IMG/VR virus record: IMGVR_UViG_3300042351_000809
DNA from: a virus
Length of the DNA stretch: 64,000 nucleotides
Direction: 5' to 3' (one strand)
Shown here: in pieces, positions 32,662-43,498 of the stretch
Position numbering within the stretch: position 1 is the first letter of the stretch
Layout: every line of letters starts with the position of its first letter
Translations under genes and position numbers: made by a program
Notes under the pieces: generated by a model
Told to the model about the DNA's origin: nothing
Database searches by the model: none
The model's input: only the letters and a program-made list of their open reading frames with translations

Positions 32662-33627
32662 TTAACCTATTTGAATTAACTGGTCTTGTGTTTTAGTAAG
32701 GAGATCGCCTTTTTTATATGTTGGCCCTTCATTTGTGACTTCATAAGAAATCACTTTGCCCATGCGATCAGGTAGTTCTTTTATTTCTTTAATAATTCCT
32801 TCGCTGCCAAAATGATAACAGGCTCTATTAATGTTTCTTACCATTTTGCCAACCATAAACATTGGAGTCATATAGTTAGCTTCTGTTAGTTCTGGGCCTT
32901 CTCCAGCGTCTTCAGACTCATCTTCGGATTCATCTTCGGATTCGTTTTCAGATTCAGCGCCATCTTGTTTTAAAAAACCCCCTTTTGGATAAACTAAGTA
33001 AGTGTGGATAGCGTTTATATTATGTTCAGTTATAGCGATTTTATTTATGATCCAAGGCTCTGAAATTTCTAAAGCAATCTCTGGATCTGTTTGAATCTTT
33101 ACAATTAAATCTTGTAGTTTATCTACGCAAAGAGAGAATTGACCGACAGCCATTTCCGCAGCATCTTGGCTATGATACATCATCTCTTCGACATCATCTT
33201 CAATGGGAATATCGTCAGCCTTAGAAAGATCTGGATAAATATTTAATAAATCTTCTTGATTCCAAAGAGTCTTTCCATCCCAATTATCTTGATAAACTTC
33301 AATTGAAGCATTGGTATAGTCTGTTACTGACTTCTTGGCTTCCCACATCTTACAAGACCAATAATTAGCTTTCCATTTTGGACCGGGATTTTTATCGCAA
33401 CCATGTCTAGCTCTATAGCTCTTTCTGCGAGCAGGTTGGTCTCGCTTAATAGTCATATTTGGATCACCAAAATTAACTTTAACGACATTTCCTTTTTCGT
33501 TTTTTACATAAACAGAGAACTTCTTTGGGCCTTTAGGAGTTCTAAAAGGTTTGTTGAGAGTCTTCTTCTCTTTGTCTGCGGCGACAATCTTAAATGAGAT
33601 ATCTATTTCTAGTTCTTTGTTTTTCAT
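32662..33627 (-). CDS. Hypothetical phage protein (DUF6321-like N-terminus)
   Basis: KKFSVYV...KVNFGD...RRKSYRARH.C...ANYWSC motif. Confidence 0.55.
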   Translation of the reverse strand: MKNKELEIDISFKIVAADKEKKTLNKPFRTPKGPKKFSVYVKNEKGNVVKVNFGDPNMTIKRDQPARRKSYRARHGCDKNPGPKWKANYWSCKMWEAKKSVTDYTNASIEVYQDNWDGKTLWNQEDLLNIYPDLSKADDIPIEDDVEEMMYHSQDAAEMAVGQFSLCVDKLQDLIVKIQTDPEIALEISEPWIINKIAITEHNINAIHTYLVYPKGGFLKQDGAESENESEDESEDESEDAGEGPELTEANYMTPMFMVGKMVRNINRACYHFGSEGIIKEIKELPDRMGKVISYEVTNEGPTYKKGDLLTKTQDQLIQIG

Positions 33628-33628
33628 A

Positions 33629-34198
33629 TTAAATATATTCCAACCAGTTTGCTTTTTCTTGTTCTGTGTCTAAGTATAAATCATTCTCATCTTCAAAATC
33701 ATAATCAAGATTATAATCTTGAATATCAGTATCTGCTTGAGAAAAATCACTATCATTTGGCTCCCAAGAATCAGAGATATCAATCTCTGAAGCTCTAGCT
33801 ACATCGCTATCAGCTTTGCGATAAGAATCTTTAACTGGTTTACCAGCCATCATTCTTAGGAATGTATTCACACGGGCCATTGCCCATTGTCCTCTAGTTT
33901 TTCCGGGTCTATGGCTTGAACTAAAAGCACCGGCACCTCTACGATAAACTTTTTTTAATTGAGAAAGGGAGACTTTTTTAGAGTACTTGCTGTTATGCTC
34001 TTTAACTTTAGCTTTTAAAGCTTCTACTACTTTAGCAGAAAACTCTATTGCCTTATCGCTTTTTGTCCCTGCGCTACCGGCAGGATTTTTGCTAGAACCT
34101 TTGCGCCTTTCAGAGGGTTTCGAAGGGGTCTGAGCAGAGCTTTTAGGCCCAGACCTCTTTGATTCTAAAATTTCAATTTCTAAACCCTGTAGATTCAT
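33629..34198 (-). CDS. Hypothetical phage protein
   Basis: LKKVYRRGAGA..SSHRPG...QWAMARVN motif common in viral head modules. Confidence 0.6.
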   Translation of the reverse strand: MNLQGLEIEILESKRSGPKSSAQTPSKPSERRKGSSKNPAGSAGTKSDKAIEFSAKVVEALKAKVKEHNSKYSKKVSLSQLKKVYRRGAGAFSSSHRPGKTRGQWAMARVNTFLRMMAGKPVKDSYRKADSDVARASEIDISDSWEPNDSDFSQADTDIQDYNLDYDFEDENDLYLDTEQEKANWLEYI

Positions 34199-34245
34199 AT
34201 TTTGTAGCTTATTATTTATACACTAAAATTTAACGATTAAGGAAA

Positions 34246-35520
34246 TTATAATGGACCATTGGTATTAAAATTCGTGTAGCTTAATCCTTTCAATAGTCCG
34301 CTCATAAACAAACCATTAGAATGAGGGTAAGAATTTAAATCCATATCACAATAAAAACTAAAATCTAAAACAGCATTTGCGCCGATTGAAGAGTCATAAG
34401 ATAAGTCTTTGAATTTTGCGCCTCTGATATCATATCTAATAATCGTATCAGAACTCTTATTCATCTTAATAACAATATCGTATTTAGAATTGGATCTTAT
34501 ATCTGATAATAAATCTCCTGAATAGTTTAAATTCCTATAAATAGTAGAAAAAGATCCTTCAACAGTAATTGGAGTGTTTATTTGTCTATCTACGGGATAG
34601 ACATAGCCTAATGTTTTTAAAGGTTCTCTTTCTAGCGGAACACTAAAGTTGAAACTTTGTATTGCGGCGTCTTGAACTATTCTATTAGACTTAGTTTTAG
34701 AAACAGAATTTATGTCATATATATCAATAACAATCTCACCGGGAAGCAAAACAGAAATAGCATTTCCAGTTTCTTCTACTAATGAATTGTAGTTTGGAAT
34801 GTTGAAACGAACTCCAGTATTTAGTGAGCCGCTCTTTGGATTTAAATAAGGAGATACTGCGTTTATTCCAGAAGAATAATACATTACATTATCAGCCGTA
34901 TAATTAACGGTAGCTTTAGGAAAATCATTTACTTGAGCCTGAACTCCATAAGAAGTTATGTAGCAATTACCAAAAGCCAAGACTGGAAACCCAGAAATAT
35001 TGTTTCCTATTGCGTCTGTATTATTTGGAGTGATAGTTAAGAATAAATTGCGCTGGTCTCTGTATTTAAATGGATACTTGAATGTATTGTTAGTGGCTTG
35101 AGTCAAGTCTGTATTAAAAGCGTAACTTTGATCTCCAAAAGAAAATCCAGAAAGGATATTGCCACTAGGATAAACTTGACCGCCATCAAATTGATCTAAG
35201 TTTGGAGGCCCAAGATCAACATAGAAACCCATGCGAGCTTCATTTCTTAAATCTTTTATGTTATAATTAAAACTAATACTGACATCAGGAGGAGTTAAGA
35301 TATAATCATAAATTGCAGAAGCATTTCCAATCTCTGAGAATCTTAATGGCTGAGTATTGATTTGATAGCTGAATTGATTTATTCTTTTAAGAGGCTGAAT
35401 TAAATTATAAACTCCAGTATTGAATAAGTTACCATTTGGATCAGAAAAAAAGTAGCCACTCGCTGGAGCAGGTCCAACGAATAGCAATTCGTTATTATAT
35501 ATTACTCTATTTGTAGCCAT
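34246..35520 (-). CDS. Tail-tube-like paralogue
   Basis: Shares NRVIY..E.LF, GN...T.Y...A.V.DFP and AIQ.F..S..L.R.PL...G..Y...R.I..P.TV with 2007-3191. Confidence 0.65.
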   Translation of the reverse strand: MATNRVIYNNELLFVGPAPASGYFFSDPNGNLFNTGVYNLIQPLKRINQFSYQINTQPLRFSEIGNASAIYDYILTPPDVSISFNYNIKDLRNEARMGFYVDLGPPNLDQFDGGQVYPSGNILSGFSFGDQSYAFNTDLTQATNNTFKYPFKYRDQRNLFLTITPNNTDAIGNNISGFPVLAFGNCYITSYGVQAQVNDFPKATVNYTADNVMYYSSGINAVSPYLNPKSGSLNTGVRFNIPNYNSLVEETGNAISVLLPGEIVIDIYDINSVSKTKSNRIVQDAAIQSFNFSVPLEREPLKTLGYVYPVDRQINTPITVEGSFSTIYRNLNYSGDLLSDIRSNSKYDIVIKMNKSSDTIIRYDIRGAKFKDLSYDSSIGANAVLDFSFYCDMDLNSYPHSNGLFMSGLLKGLSYTNFNTNGPL

Positions 35521-37406
35521 TATATTTTGCTATGGTAAAGCAAACTAGCCATGTAAGAATCGACTTGATGCTCACAAGCTATTTCGTGAATTTCTTCAAT
35601 TCTTTGTGGATTTTTGTCAACAGGAGTTTCGATATACTCACTTATTTTAGAAGCCCAATTAGACTTGTCTTCATTAGCGACAATAATCTTAGTAATATCA
35701 AGAGCGACTTCTTTTTGTTTATCGTTTAGTTTTTTAAGCTTGTGTTTTTTCTTTAGAGAATTTTCTACTTCTTCTCCTAGTTTGTTTGTAGCTTCTACAA
35801 TGTTTTTTAATTTCATAACACTGTAATTAGCCTTGGAAGAGGTGCCAATTGGTTTAACGTTTTTGGTAGTTTGTTTAATTCCAGTGGTTCCTCCGGGTCT
35901 ACCTGCTTCTACTTTAGGACCACCAATTAGAGGCTGATAAAATCCTTTGTCTTTTAAATCAACAAATGATGTTTGAGATTGCACAGACTCATCTGGCGTT
36001 GGCAGAACGCCTGTTTCAATTGCTTTGAGACCTTCTTCTGGAGTAAGAACGCCAAGCTCAATAAGACGAGTATAAATTCTATTAAGATTTTGATCTGTCT
36101 TAAGATCCATATCTTCAAAGAAAGGAGTGGGAAATACTTTAAATCCGATCTCTTTAGAAATTCTCTTAACTTCAGGAAGTAGAAAGTCAGTTACGAAAGC
36201 TTGTCTAGCCTGTAGTAATTTTTGACTCAATAAGGAAATCTTTGCACTAGTATTTGCAAACTTTTCATTTCCTGTTAGAATATTATTTAATCCGATATTG
36301 ATATCCTTATCAATTACTTCATACTTTTTAGGGTCAAGAATGTCAGCAATTTGAGGAATAACAAACTCCGCTTTTGTTGTATAATCTGCAATTAAAACTC
36401 TGCCAATCGATTGATTAGCGAAGAGATTCTGCATCGTTTTTAAGTTTTCTTGGTTAACGCCACCCTTATCAGGTTCAGCACCCATCGTTACAAGCAAGAT
36501 GACTTGCTGGATCGTCCTTGTAAGAGCCATATCCATACGGCGCATTTCAATTTTCGCACTAATGTCTTCAAGAACTGGGAAACCCATTGGTACAGCAAAA
36601 GGTTCATAGTCTTGCTTCTTGTAAAATACAGCATAAAACTTCTTAGTATCTAAATGTAAGAGAACCGCTGTAGCTTTTCCTTTTAAAACTTGCTCTTTTA
36701 CTAATGGATCAAGAGAGTCTAATATTTCTTTGTCTTCTTCTGTTCTTGGATTTCTAATTTGCTCAAGTTCGTAATCAGTCAATACTTTATAGTACTGTCC
36801 TCTATTGAAAGAAAGGTTGCCATTTACTTGAACATCTGCTGGATTAATAATTATATATCTAGCAGGTAAAGAAACTTTTGCCGCCAAAGCTTCAGATCCA
36901 AAAACTTGGCTAATTTTAGAGATATCTTCTTCTCTTATGTTAGTGTCGTATCTGTAAATAAAAACATTTCCAGAACGATAATACTCTCTAAAGAATTTAT
37001 CTTGCAGAGCCGTAATATTTATCTTGTTAAATAAAGCTTGAAAGAAATCTCTTGCGCTTTTATTGCCGCCTTTAAGATGTATATTGCCACAAGACAATTC
37101 TGACATTAGATCAATTGTGTTTCTAAAAAGGCCAAAATTATAATAAGCTTTTTGGCATAAGATTACAGTATCTCTTACGTCAATATTGGACTTATTATAA
37201 TTATACCCAGTGGCATAATTAAATGGCACCATTCCATCATCAATATTGCGAAAACGATCCGTTCTCTCAATCGTTGATGCGGCATTTCTACGGCTTCTTG
37301 TCTCGGTAACTCTGCTTGCTACGCCGCCATGAGCAGGAGTAGAGCCTTCTACCATCATTGGAGCGAAAGAAGATTCCTCAAATTTTTCTTTTTTAACCTT
37401 TGCCAT
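35520..37406 (-). CDS. Portal protein
   Basis: 628 aa directly after TerL; FREYYRSGNVF and KQDYEPFA.P motifs. Confidence 0.75.
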   Translation of the reverse strand: MAKVKKEKFEESSFAPMMVEGSTPAHGGVASRVTETRSRRNAASTIERTDRFRNIDDGMVPFNYATGYNYNKSNIDVRDTVILCQKAYYNFGLFRNTIDLMSELSCGNIHLKGGNKSARDFFQALFNKINITALQDKFFREYYRSGNVFIYRYDTNIREEDISKISQVFGSEALAAKVSLPARYIIINPADVQVNGNLSFNRGQYYKVLTDYELEQIRNPRTEEDKEILDSLDPLVKEQVLKGKATAVLLHLDTKKFYAVFYKKQDYEPFAVPMGFPVLEDISAKIEMRRMDMALTRTIQQVILLVTMGAEPDKGGVNQENLKTMQNLFANQSIGRVLIADYTTKAEFVIPQIADILDPKKYEVIDKDINIGLNNILTGNEKFANTSAKISLLSQKLLQARQAFVTDFLLPEVKRISKEIGFKVFPTPFFEDMDLKTDQNLNRIYTRLIELGVLTPEEGLKAIETGVLPTPDESVQSQTSFVDLKDKGFYQPLIGGPKVEAGRPGGTTGIKQTTKNVKPIGTSSKANYSVMKLKNIVEATNKLGEEVENSLKKKHKLKKLNDKQKEVALDITKIIVANEDKSNWASKISEYIETPVDKNPQRIEEIHEIACEHQVDSYMASLLYHSKI

Positions 37407-37430
37407 AAGCCTAATAATTAATTACACATT

Positions 37431-39272
37431 TTAAATTAAAATTGGTGTAAATCCCGCAGCTACTATTTTATTTTCAGTAGTCATGATATCATTATAGCAT
37501 TTAGAACCCCATTTCGCTAACATTAAAGCCGTGTAATTATCTTTTCTTGCTCTATTAGGGGAATTGGAGCGTTTTAAGTGTTGAGGCAAATCGAAATTAA
37601 CAGATCCACGACTACTAGTAGTAAATTCTACAAGTGAGCATTGCTTTTTAGTGTTGTAAACTAATAAATCTTGATGCTCTATAAGGTCTAGCTTATTCCA
37701 ATCTTTAATGTCTTCTATAAATATAAGGTCTTCAGGTATTCTCTTGTTTATTTCTTCATTAAAGAAAGATTCATTGGCTACAGTTTTGGATGCGAACCAA
37801 ATTTTCTTATAGTCAATAGCTGCTTGCAGATTTTCGTTACCTCTTCGAATAAATGTAGTTGTAAATACCTGAGTTACTGCTATTTGTTTATTTTCTAAGT
37901 TGTATTGACTCTTGGCTTTCTGAACCATCTTTGTATATTCAATTCCCTCAAGATCAGAATCGAAGTTAATAAACTTTATCTTCTCAGATTCCGAGTTTAC
38001 ATATTGAGATTCATTATAAGTGTCAAAGAAAATATCGGCACCGGCATTATCGCAAATGATATAAACAATATTAAAGCTAGTCATTAAGTAATGAAAGTAT
38101 TTAATATGACTATTTAAGCTTCCAAGACCCGCGTATGCATGAACAAGAACATCATTCTTATTTTCTCGGTCTATTTCTAAAATTGCCATTGCAAAATAGT
38201 CAGCATTTGGACTGTCGCTCATGTTAGGGTCCATTGCTAAGATATATTGCTTGCCAGAATCTCCTCTGATTTGAGAATGCGGCCTTTCTTCAAACTTAAG
38301 AGTACATTCTTCCATCTTCTTCATGCTGAAATAAGAATCGCTACCGTCAGTAAACTGAGCGCAGTATTCTCTCAAGAAAGAAGCATGAGAAGAGCCACCG
38401 TTTTGAGCTTCTTCTGTAATAGAAGAGTCAATCATCTCTGGTGGCAAAGATTCATAGCTTAATTGTGATACAAAGTAAGTCGCACTTGTTGGTTCTTTAG
38501 AATAAATGTTGTCACACCATTCTTTATAAGTTTTATAAAGGTTTTCAAAAGTATAAGAAGCAGAGGAAAGGGCAATCATCTTGGAAGTATTTTTAAATTC
38601 CATGCGGTCAGCTTCTGTCATTGCGCCTTGGCGAATTAATTCATCTTCTTGTTCACGAATGCTAATACGTTCTTTAATGTCTTGAGGGACAATCAAGAAT
38701 GGCATTAATACATTTTTAATTATGTCTTCTGGCAACAATAAAAACTCGTCTAGTACAAGAACATTAGCACGGAAACCACGAATCTTTTCGCCACTTAGAG
38801 GAATAGCTTTAATAGAGCCTTCGTTTATTGACCAATCATATTCGTCATTGCGTTTTGATTTTGCACCAAATGCTTGCATCAATAAGTCTGCACCTTTAGA
38901 CTCAGTAATTTTTTCTATTGAATTAAAAATGCTTCTTGCTGTTCTGAATGTAGGACCAGCAATTAGAATTTTACTCTTAGGCTCAAAGATACATTGTAAA
39001 AAACAAAATACCGCAGCAGAGAAAGATTTGGATGCACCACGACCCCATACGTTCATGCAGAAATTGCGGTTCAACATTCCTTTGATTACGATCTCTTGAT
39101 AAGGCCATAATTTTATACCAGAAATTAGCTCTGTAGTTATGCCTATATTTGAACGCAAAAATTTAGCCAAAGTTATTTTGGCTTCTTTGTCTTCAAGAGT
39201 GTCTTTTAATTTAGAATATTCATCATTTAAGTTAGGAATTATTCTATTATACTTTTCTGGGGTATACCACAT
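37431..39272 (-). CDS. terL: Terminase large subunit
   Basis: Walker A (GRGASKS), Walker B (VLVLDE), FLREYCAQF, RNase H-like nuclease (AMDP...D...KDNY). Confidence 0.9.
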   Translation of the reverse strand: MWYTPEKYNRIIPNLNDEYSKLKDTLEDKEAKITLAKFLRSNIGITTELISGIKLWPYQEIVIKGMLNRNFCMNVWGRGASKSFSAAVFCFLQCIFEPKSKILIAGPTFRTARSIFNSIEKITESKGADLLMQAFGAKSKRNDEYDWSINEGSIKAIPLSGEKIRGFRANVLVLDEFLLLPEDIIKNVLMPFLIVPQDIKERISIREQEDELIRQGAMTEADRMEFKNTSKMIALSSASYTFENLYKTYKEWCDNIYSKEPTSATYFVSQLSYESLPPEMIDSSITEEAQNGGSSHASFLREYCAQFTDGSDSYFSMKKMEECTLKFEERPHSQIRGDSGKQYILAMDPNMSDSPNADYFAMAILEIDRENKNDVLVHAYAGLGSLNSHIKYFHYLMTSFNIVYIICDNAGADIFFDTYNESQYVNSESEKIKFINFDSDLEGIEYTKMVQKAKSQYNLENKQIAVTQVFTTTFIRRGNENLQAAIDYKKIWFASKTVANESFFNEEINKRIPEDLIFIEDIKDWNKLDLIEHQDLLVYNTKKQCSLVEFTTSSRGSVNFDLPQHLKRSNSPNRARKDNYTALMLAKWGSKCYNDIMTTENKIVAAGFTPILI

Positions 39273-39273
39273 A

Positions 39274-40212
39274 TTATAACATCTTTAGATCGTAGCAAAG
39301 TTGTAGATCGTATTTAAAAAAGTTCTCATCAGTTGAGAACATCTTCTCAATAATTCTGACAGATTCCTTGCGTCCCTTTGCAAATAGGAATTGAACGTGT
39401 GGATATTTTTGTATTAGCTCTCTAACGTTGTGAAAAATGAACTCAGGATTTACCTTCGTTGCTTTCTTATACACATGAGGTAAATAGTTAAATGAGAGTG
39501 TATTGTTTAAGCTTTCCTCAACGATAATAACCATGTTAGCTTTTGCTTCGCTGGCTTTTTCAATCTCTCGACAGAATCTTTCATACCCAGCACTCAAAGT
39601 TCCTATAAAATCAGAGATAGACTTTCTCTCAAAGTAAAGTTTGCCATCATAACTTGGATGGCTAAATCCATAATCACCAAATTTAAGAGTGCGAACTTCA
39701 GAAGCCATATTAAATATAAATGGTTTCTGTTCGCGGGTATCGATATAAATTATTGAGTCTTTGGTTTGTAGCTTGGGAAGATTCTCCAAGCTCTTTGGAT
39801 ATACATATTTATTTTTAAATCCAATTTCTTCAGCGAGTTTATAGTAGTCACCAAAAATTTCTTGCAAATAAATAACACTTGGACTTAAAACGCTCCTTAA
39901 CTCAACTTGAGAAGGAGTATATTCTAGATTTTTCTTTTCTTTGCGTTTAACTAAAAAGTTTCTACAGTACTCTTGCTGTTTCTCTAGAGACTGAGCTTTG
40001 AGCCAGTTTTTAAGATTGTTTTTATTGTTAAAGTCAGTAGAGAAATACTGTTCTTTATTTTTATAATTGATAATAGAATTATCGAAGAGATCATAGCGAG
40101 GCAATTGCTGTTGATAATATTCAATTACTCTTATTTTATGAGCTTTGAGATGGCGATTAAAATCTACATCAGCTTCATAAACTTTTTGACATATTTTGCA
40201 GGTCTCAGCCAT
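39274..40212 (-). CDS. C2H2 zinc-finger plus ERCC4-type nuclease
   Basis: CxxC...HxxxH N-terminus; IDTREQ, GDY, ERKS..D motifs. Confidence 0.8.
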   Translation of the reverse strand: MAETCKICQKVYEADVDFNRHLKAHKIRVIEYYQQQLPRYDLFDNSIINYKNKEQYFSTDFNNKNNLKNWLKAQSLEKQQEYCRNFLVKRKEKKNLEYTPSQVELRSVLSPSVIYLQEIFGDYYKLAEEIGFKNKYVYPKSLENLPKLQTKDSIIYIDTREQKPFIFNMASEVRTLKFGDYGFSHPSYDGKLYFERKSISDFIGTLSAGYERFCREIEKASEAKANMVIIVEESLNNTLSFNYLPHVYKKATKVNPEFIFHNVRELIQKYPHVQFLFAKGRKESVRIIEKMFSTDENFFKYDLQLCYDLKML

Positions 40213-41323
40213 TTAGCACCTCGTCTTCTGAAATTCCCAAGATACGACATTTGATTTCGTCCATTGTAGAAAGCCTGTCGATCTCGTTTTTAACCATCGC
40301 TTTTCTTCTTTCGGCAAGCTTTAGTAGTTGAGCGCGGGACTCTTCTTCTTTCCACATCTGAACAAGATTAAGAATGCTGGCGTTTTCTTTTATTTGCTTG
40401 CTAAGGCGATCACTGCGCTTTACTTTGAGGTCATTTAGAAGCTTTTGTTGGCGAATAGTAGATTGATTATACTCATCTCTTGCTCCGCTAATTGCTTCAA
40501 TAAGACCCATTGGAATTTTGCCGCCACCATCTACTTCTACATCAATCTGATCTTGTAAAGTTTGAATTGTTTCTTGAATATTAGCCGAGATTACTACTTC
40601 AGTAGCCAATACAATATATTGGTCTACTTCTTCTTGAGTGAGATCTGGCTTATCAAACGTATAACGGACAAATGAGCTTTCAAATAATTCACGATCAATG
40701 TTAGAAGTATAACTATTTATCTGATGCAAGAAACGATAAGTGTGCATGTAGCCAATAATAGCATTAATAGCAGCTTTCTGGCGTGAAGTTACTTTATCTT
40801 TATCAATACCTTCGTGAACATATTTATTTATGCGAAACAACATCCGCTCAAATGTCTTTGGCGGCATATATTCAGAGTCAGAAAGGCTCTCTACTTCTCT
40901 CTGAGAAACTGGACCTGCTTGAATTACTTTCTGGTCAAGTGTTTTAATGAAATCAATAACAGTACGAGTCTCTTGACTGAGACTAGTAAGATTTTGATTA
41001 TTAAAAATACTCTTAGTGATCTCAAGTGCGCCCATTGAACCAGCATTATTAGCAATAAATTCTCTTTGGTCTGGAGATAGTTCAATTTTATCTTTTGCTA
41101 AGTATTCGTATGAAGCTCTTGCTTTAATTTGTCTTGTTGACAAGAACTCTTTGACTTTTTTACCGTGCCAACTTCTACCGTCTGCGCCATCAACGTTAGG
41201 AAAAGCAAGCCTGACAAGTTCAAGCAAAGAAGGAGGATTAGTAGGGCGATTGTTCCACTCATTTAAAATCGCCAATCTCTGTTGATCATTAAGTTCTTGA
41301 GGCTGGTTTCCATTTTCAGACAT
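40205..41323 (-). CDS. Hypothetical protein, possible terminase small subunit
   Basis: 372 aa with coiled-coil C-terminus; upstream of terL. Confidence 0.4.
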   Translation of the reverse strand: MSENGNQPQELNDQQRLAILNEWNNRPTNPPSLLELVRLAFPNVDGADGRSWHGKKVKEFLSTRQIKARASYEYLAKDKIELSPDQREFIANNAGSMGALEITKSIFNNQNLTSLSQETRTVIDFIKTLDQKVIQAGPVSQREVESLSDSEYMPPKTFERMLFRINKYVHEGIDKDKVTSRQKAAINAIIGYMHTYRFLHQINSYTSNIDRELFESSFVRYTFDKPDLTQEEVDQYIVLATEVVISANIQETIQTLQDQIDVEVDGGGKIPMGLIEAISGARDEYNQSTIRQQKLLNDLKVKRSDRLSKQIKENASILNLVQMWKEEESRAQLLKLAERRKAMVKNEIDRLSTMDEIKCRILGISEDEVLNG

Positions 41324-42008
41324 AAATTTCTACTTCTCCATTTACAATGCACTTCTTAGCTTTGACTATAATGGAACGTTTAAGATTCTTTATTTGCTTG
41401 TAACCGGGGGAACGATTTTTTTCAGTAGTCTTAAAACCCAATACTTTTGCCACTTCTTCTTCTCTTTTATTTCTTAGACAAAGCATCTCGTAAACAACCC
41501 ACTCTGCTGGCTTTAATACTTTCTTTAGTGCTGACGATAAACTCTGAGTGCTTCTCAAAAGGTCAAAGCCTTCGTTTGTCATGTCATGAACTTCTTTAAT
41601 ATGATTTTCGAGAGGAAGAGTTACCTTTGTATTGAAAGCGTCTTTTTTATTATTCTCCCAATGAGCATATAAGGGGCATTTCTTGCACTGTTCACCATAT
41701 ATTGAACAAGAGTCATCCCATTCTGCCGCCGCACACTTCAAACAAGGTCTAGCATAATTGCCATAGTTGTTTCTTATGATGTTCTTTATTTGATTAGAAA
41801 TGATAATGTTTAGCCAAGGAGCAAGAGGCTTCTTTGGATCATATAAAGTCCATTTTTTGTAAATATGAATCCTTAGTATCTGCTCAACGTCCTCGAAATC
41901 AATCCAAGACAATGCAGCAAGGTTCCACTTGTTCTTGCGTTTGCGAATTTCTTCGTCTATTATAGCAATGTTCTTTTCAAATGATTCTTTTTGGACTTTA
42001 TGAGCCAT
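41316..42008 (-). CDS. Phage RNA polymerase sigma factor (sigma70/ECF-like) with Cys-rich insert
   Basis: Region-2-like DFEDVEQ...YDPK..L..W...II.NQIKN; region-4 HTH EEEVAKVLG. Confidence 0.75.
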   Translation of the reverse strand: MAHKVQKESFEKNIAIIDEEIRKRKNKWNLAALSWIDFEDVEQILRIHIYKKWTLYDPKKPLAPWLNIIISNQIKNIIRNNYGNYARPCLKCAAAEWDDSCSIYGEQCKKCPLYAHWENNKKDAFNTKVTLPLENHIKEVHDMTNEGFDLLRSTQSLSSALKKVLKPAEWVVYEMLCLRNKREEEVAKVLGFKTTEKNRSPGYKQIKNLKRSIIVKAKKCIVNGEVEIYV

Positions 42009-42009
42009 T

Positions 42010-42411
42010 TTATTTTTGCCTTAATGTACCGGCTTCTTGTTTAAATATTTTCATCATCTCTTTGCTAGAGATGCTTTGCCCTGTTCTCTCTACGCCTTGA
42101 AGAAATTGATCTGGAACAGTTCCAGCAATCTTAGAAAGAGATTCTTTTCTTGGCGCATCAAATTCAATATCAACATCTAGTCCTCCTGTTAACTCAGGAA
42201 TAGGAGTTGACTCTTGCTCCTCTTCGCCTTCATCATCGTCTTGCTCATCGTACTCTTCCTGAGCGCGGACTTTATTTTCTTTTACCTTTTTATCTTGTGG
42301 TTTTTCTACGACAACGCCATAGAATGGATTAGCGCAAGCGGAACAAAATTTTGGTTTTGCTTGCGTGTATAAATTAGGACTTCCACATTTGGAGCAGTAA
42401 ATTTTTTGCAT
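42010..42411 (-). CDS. Zinc-ribbon protein
   Basis: YCSKCG...KFCSAC plus acidic tail. Confidence 0.7.
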   Translation of the reverse strand: MQKIYCSKCGSPNLYTQAKPKFCSACANPFYGVVVEKPQDKKVKENKVRAQEEYDEQDDDEGEEEQESTPIPELTGGLDVDIEFDAPRKESLSKIAGTVPDQFLQGVERTGQSISSKEMMKIFKQEAGTLRQK

Positions 42412-42469
42412 AATTCATTAATTTATTATAGTTTAGTAACAGTAAAAAAGCAAGTGTAATTGTAATAGA

Positions 42470-42745
42470 ATGAAGTATTCGTTTAAAAATTACGAAAAAG
42501 TTGAGTATTTCATCAATTGGGTTAAACCTCCTAGAGGGTGCTATGGCATATGCGACTCTCCAGAGATGGAAAACCCAAAGATTAAAATTGACCCAACTCT
42601 AACCAAGCAAAAAACGATCAATATTCTAATACATGAAGTATTACACGCATTCTTCTGGCATGAGTCCGAAACAAAAGTGACTAAATGCGCTAATACTTTA
42701 TCAAGACTTATTCATCAAAGGATGAAGCAAAAGTTTAATGAATAA
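42470..42745 (+). CDS. Small HEXXH zinc-metallopeptidase-like protein
   Basis: LIHEVLHA motif. Confidence 0.65.
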   Translation: MKYSFKNYEKVEYFINWVKPPRGCYGICDSPEMENPKIKIDPTLTKQKTINILIHEVLHAFFWHESETKVTKCANTLSRLIHQRMKQKFNE

Positions 42746-43457
42746 TTGATTTATATTTAGTAATCTTATCAACGATAAAGCGAGTAATTCCACTTCTCAT
42801 AATATCTTCTGGTCCAAGTTTAAAATATTGAATACCATGATCTTTGCTATCTTGATCTTGGAAGATATCACAAAATTCTTTAAAGCCAGACTTCTTGCCT
42901 AAGTCATTTTGCATGATGGTATCACCGCAAATAAACAGTTTGCTAAACTTGCCCATACGGGTAGCAGCAGTTACAAGAGAATCGAACATCATGTTCTGAC
43001 CTTCATCCAAAATAACGGAATTAACATTGAAGGTATAGCCGCGAAGTAGAGAAACAGGATATGTTTTAATCCTTTCTTGCTTATTTAGTAATTCGATGCT
43101 GGACTTATTTAGTAATTCTTCCAGCTTATCAAATAGAGGTACATTATAGAAGAAGGTTTTTTCGTCTAGATCGCCAGTTAAGAAGCCAGTTTGACCATCT
43201 GTGCTTTGAATTAGAGATCGGATATATACAATATCGGATATCTTTTTAGCTTTTAGTAGCTCTAATGAGCAATAAACGCTCAATAGCGTTTTAGCTGTGC
43301 CGGGAAGCCCATCAAGAATAATAATATTAGTGCTTTTGTCTAAAGCAGCAGCAATAATTTCCTCTTGTTTTGGGGTCCATTTTAATTTACGAATTTCGAA
43401 ATCGTCTTTTACCTTGTCTTTTTGCGCGACATGTGGGGAATTATCTTTTTTTGACAT
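42735..43457 (-). CDS. phoH: PhoH-family ATPase
   Basis: GLPGTAKT, GFLTGDLDEK, LRGYTF, ILDEGQN, TRMG..SK...GD..Q.DL and DIMRSG motifs. Confidence 0.92.
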   Translation of the reverse strand: MSKKDNSPHVAQKDKVKDDFEIRKLKWTPKQEEIIAAALDKSTNIIILDGLPGTAKTLLSVYCSLELLKAKKISDIVYIRSLIQSTDGQTGFLTGDLDEKTFFYNVPLFDKLEELLNKSSIELLNKQERIKTYPVSLLRGYTFNVNSVILDEGQNMMFDSLVTAATRMGKFSKLFICGDTIMQNDLGKKSGFKEFCDIFQDQDSKDHGIQYFKLGPEDIMRSGITRFIVDKITKYKSIIH

Positions 43458-43498
43458 TTTAATTAGCCTTATTATTTTAATTACATGTATTATATAGA

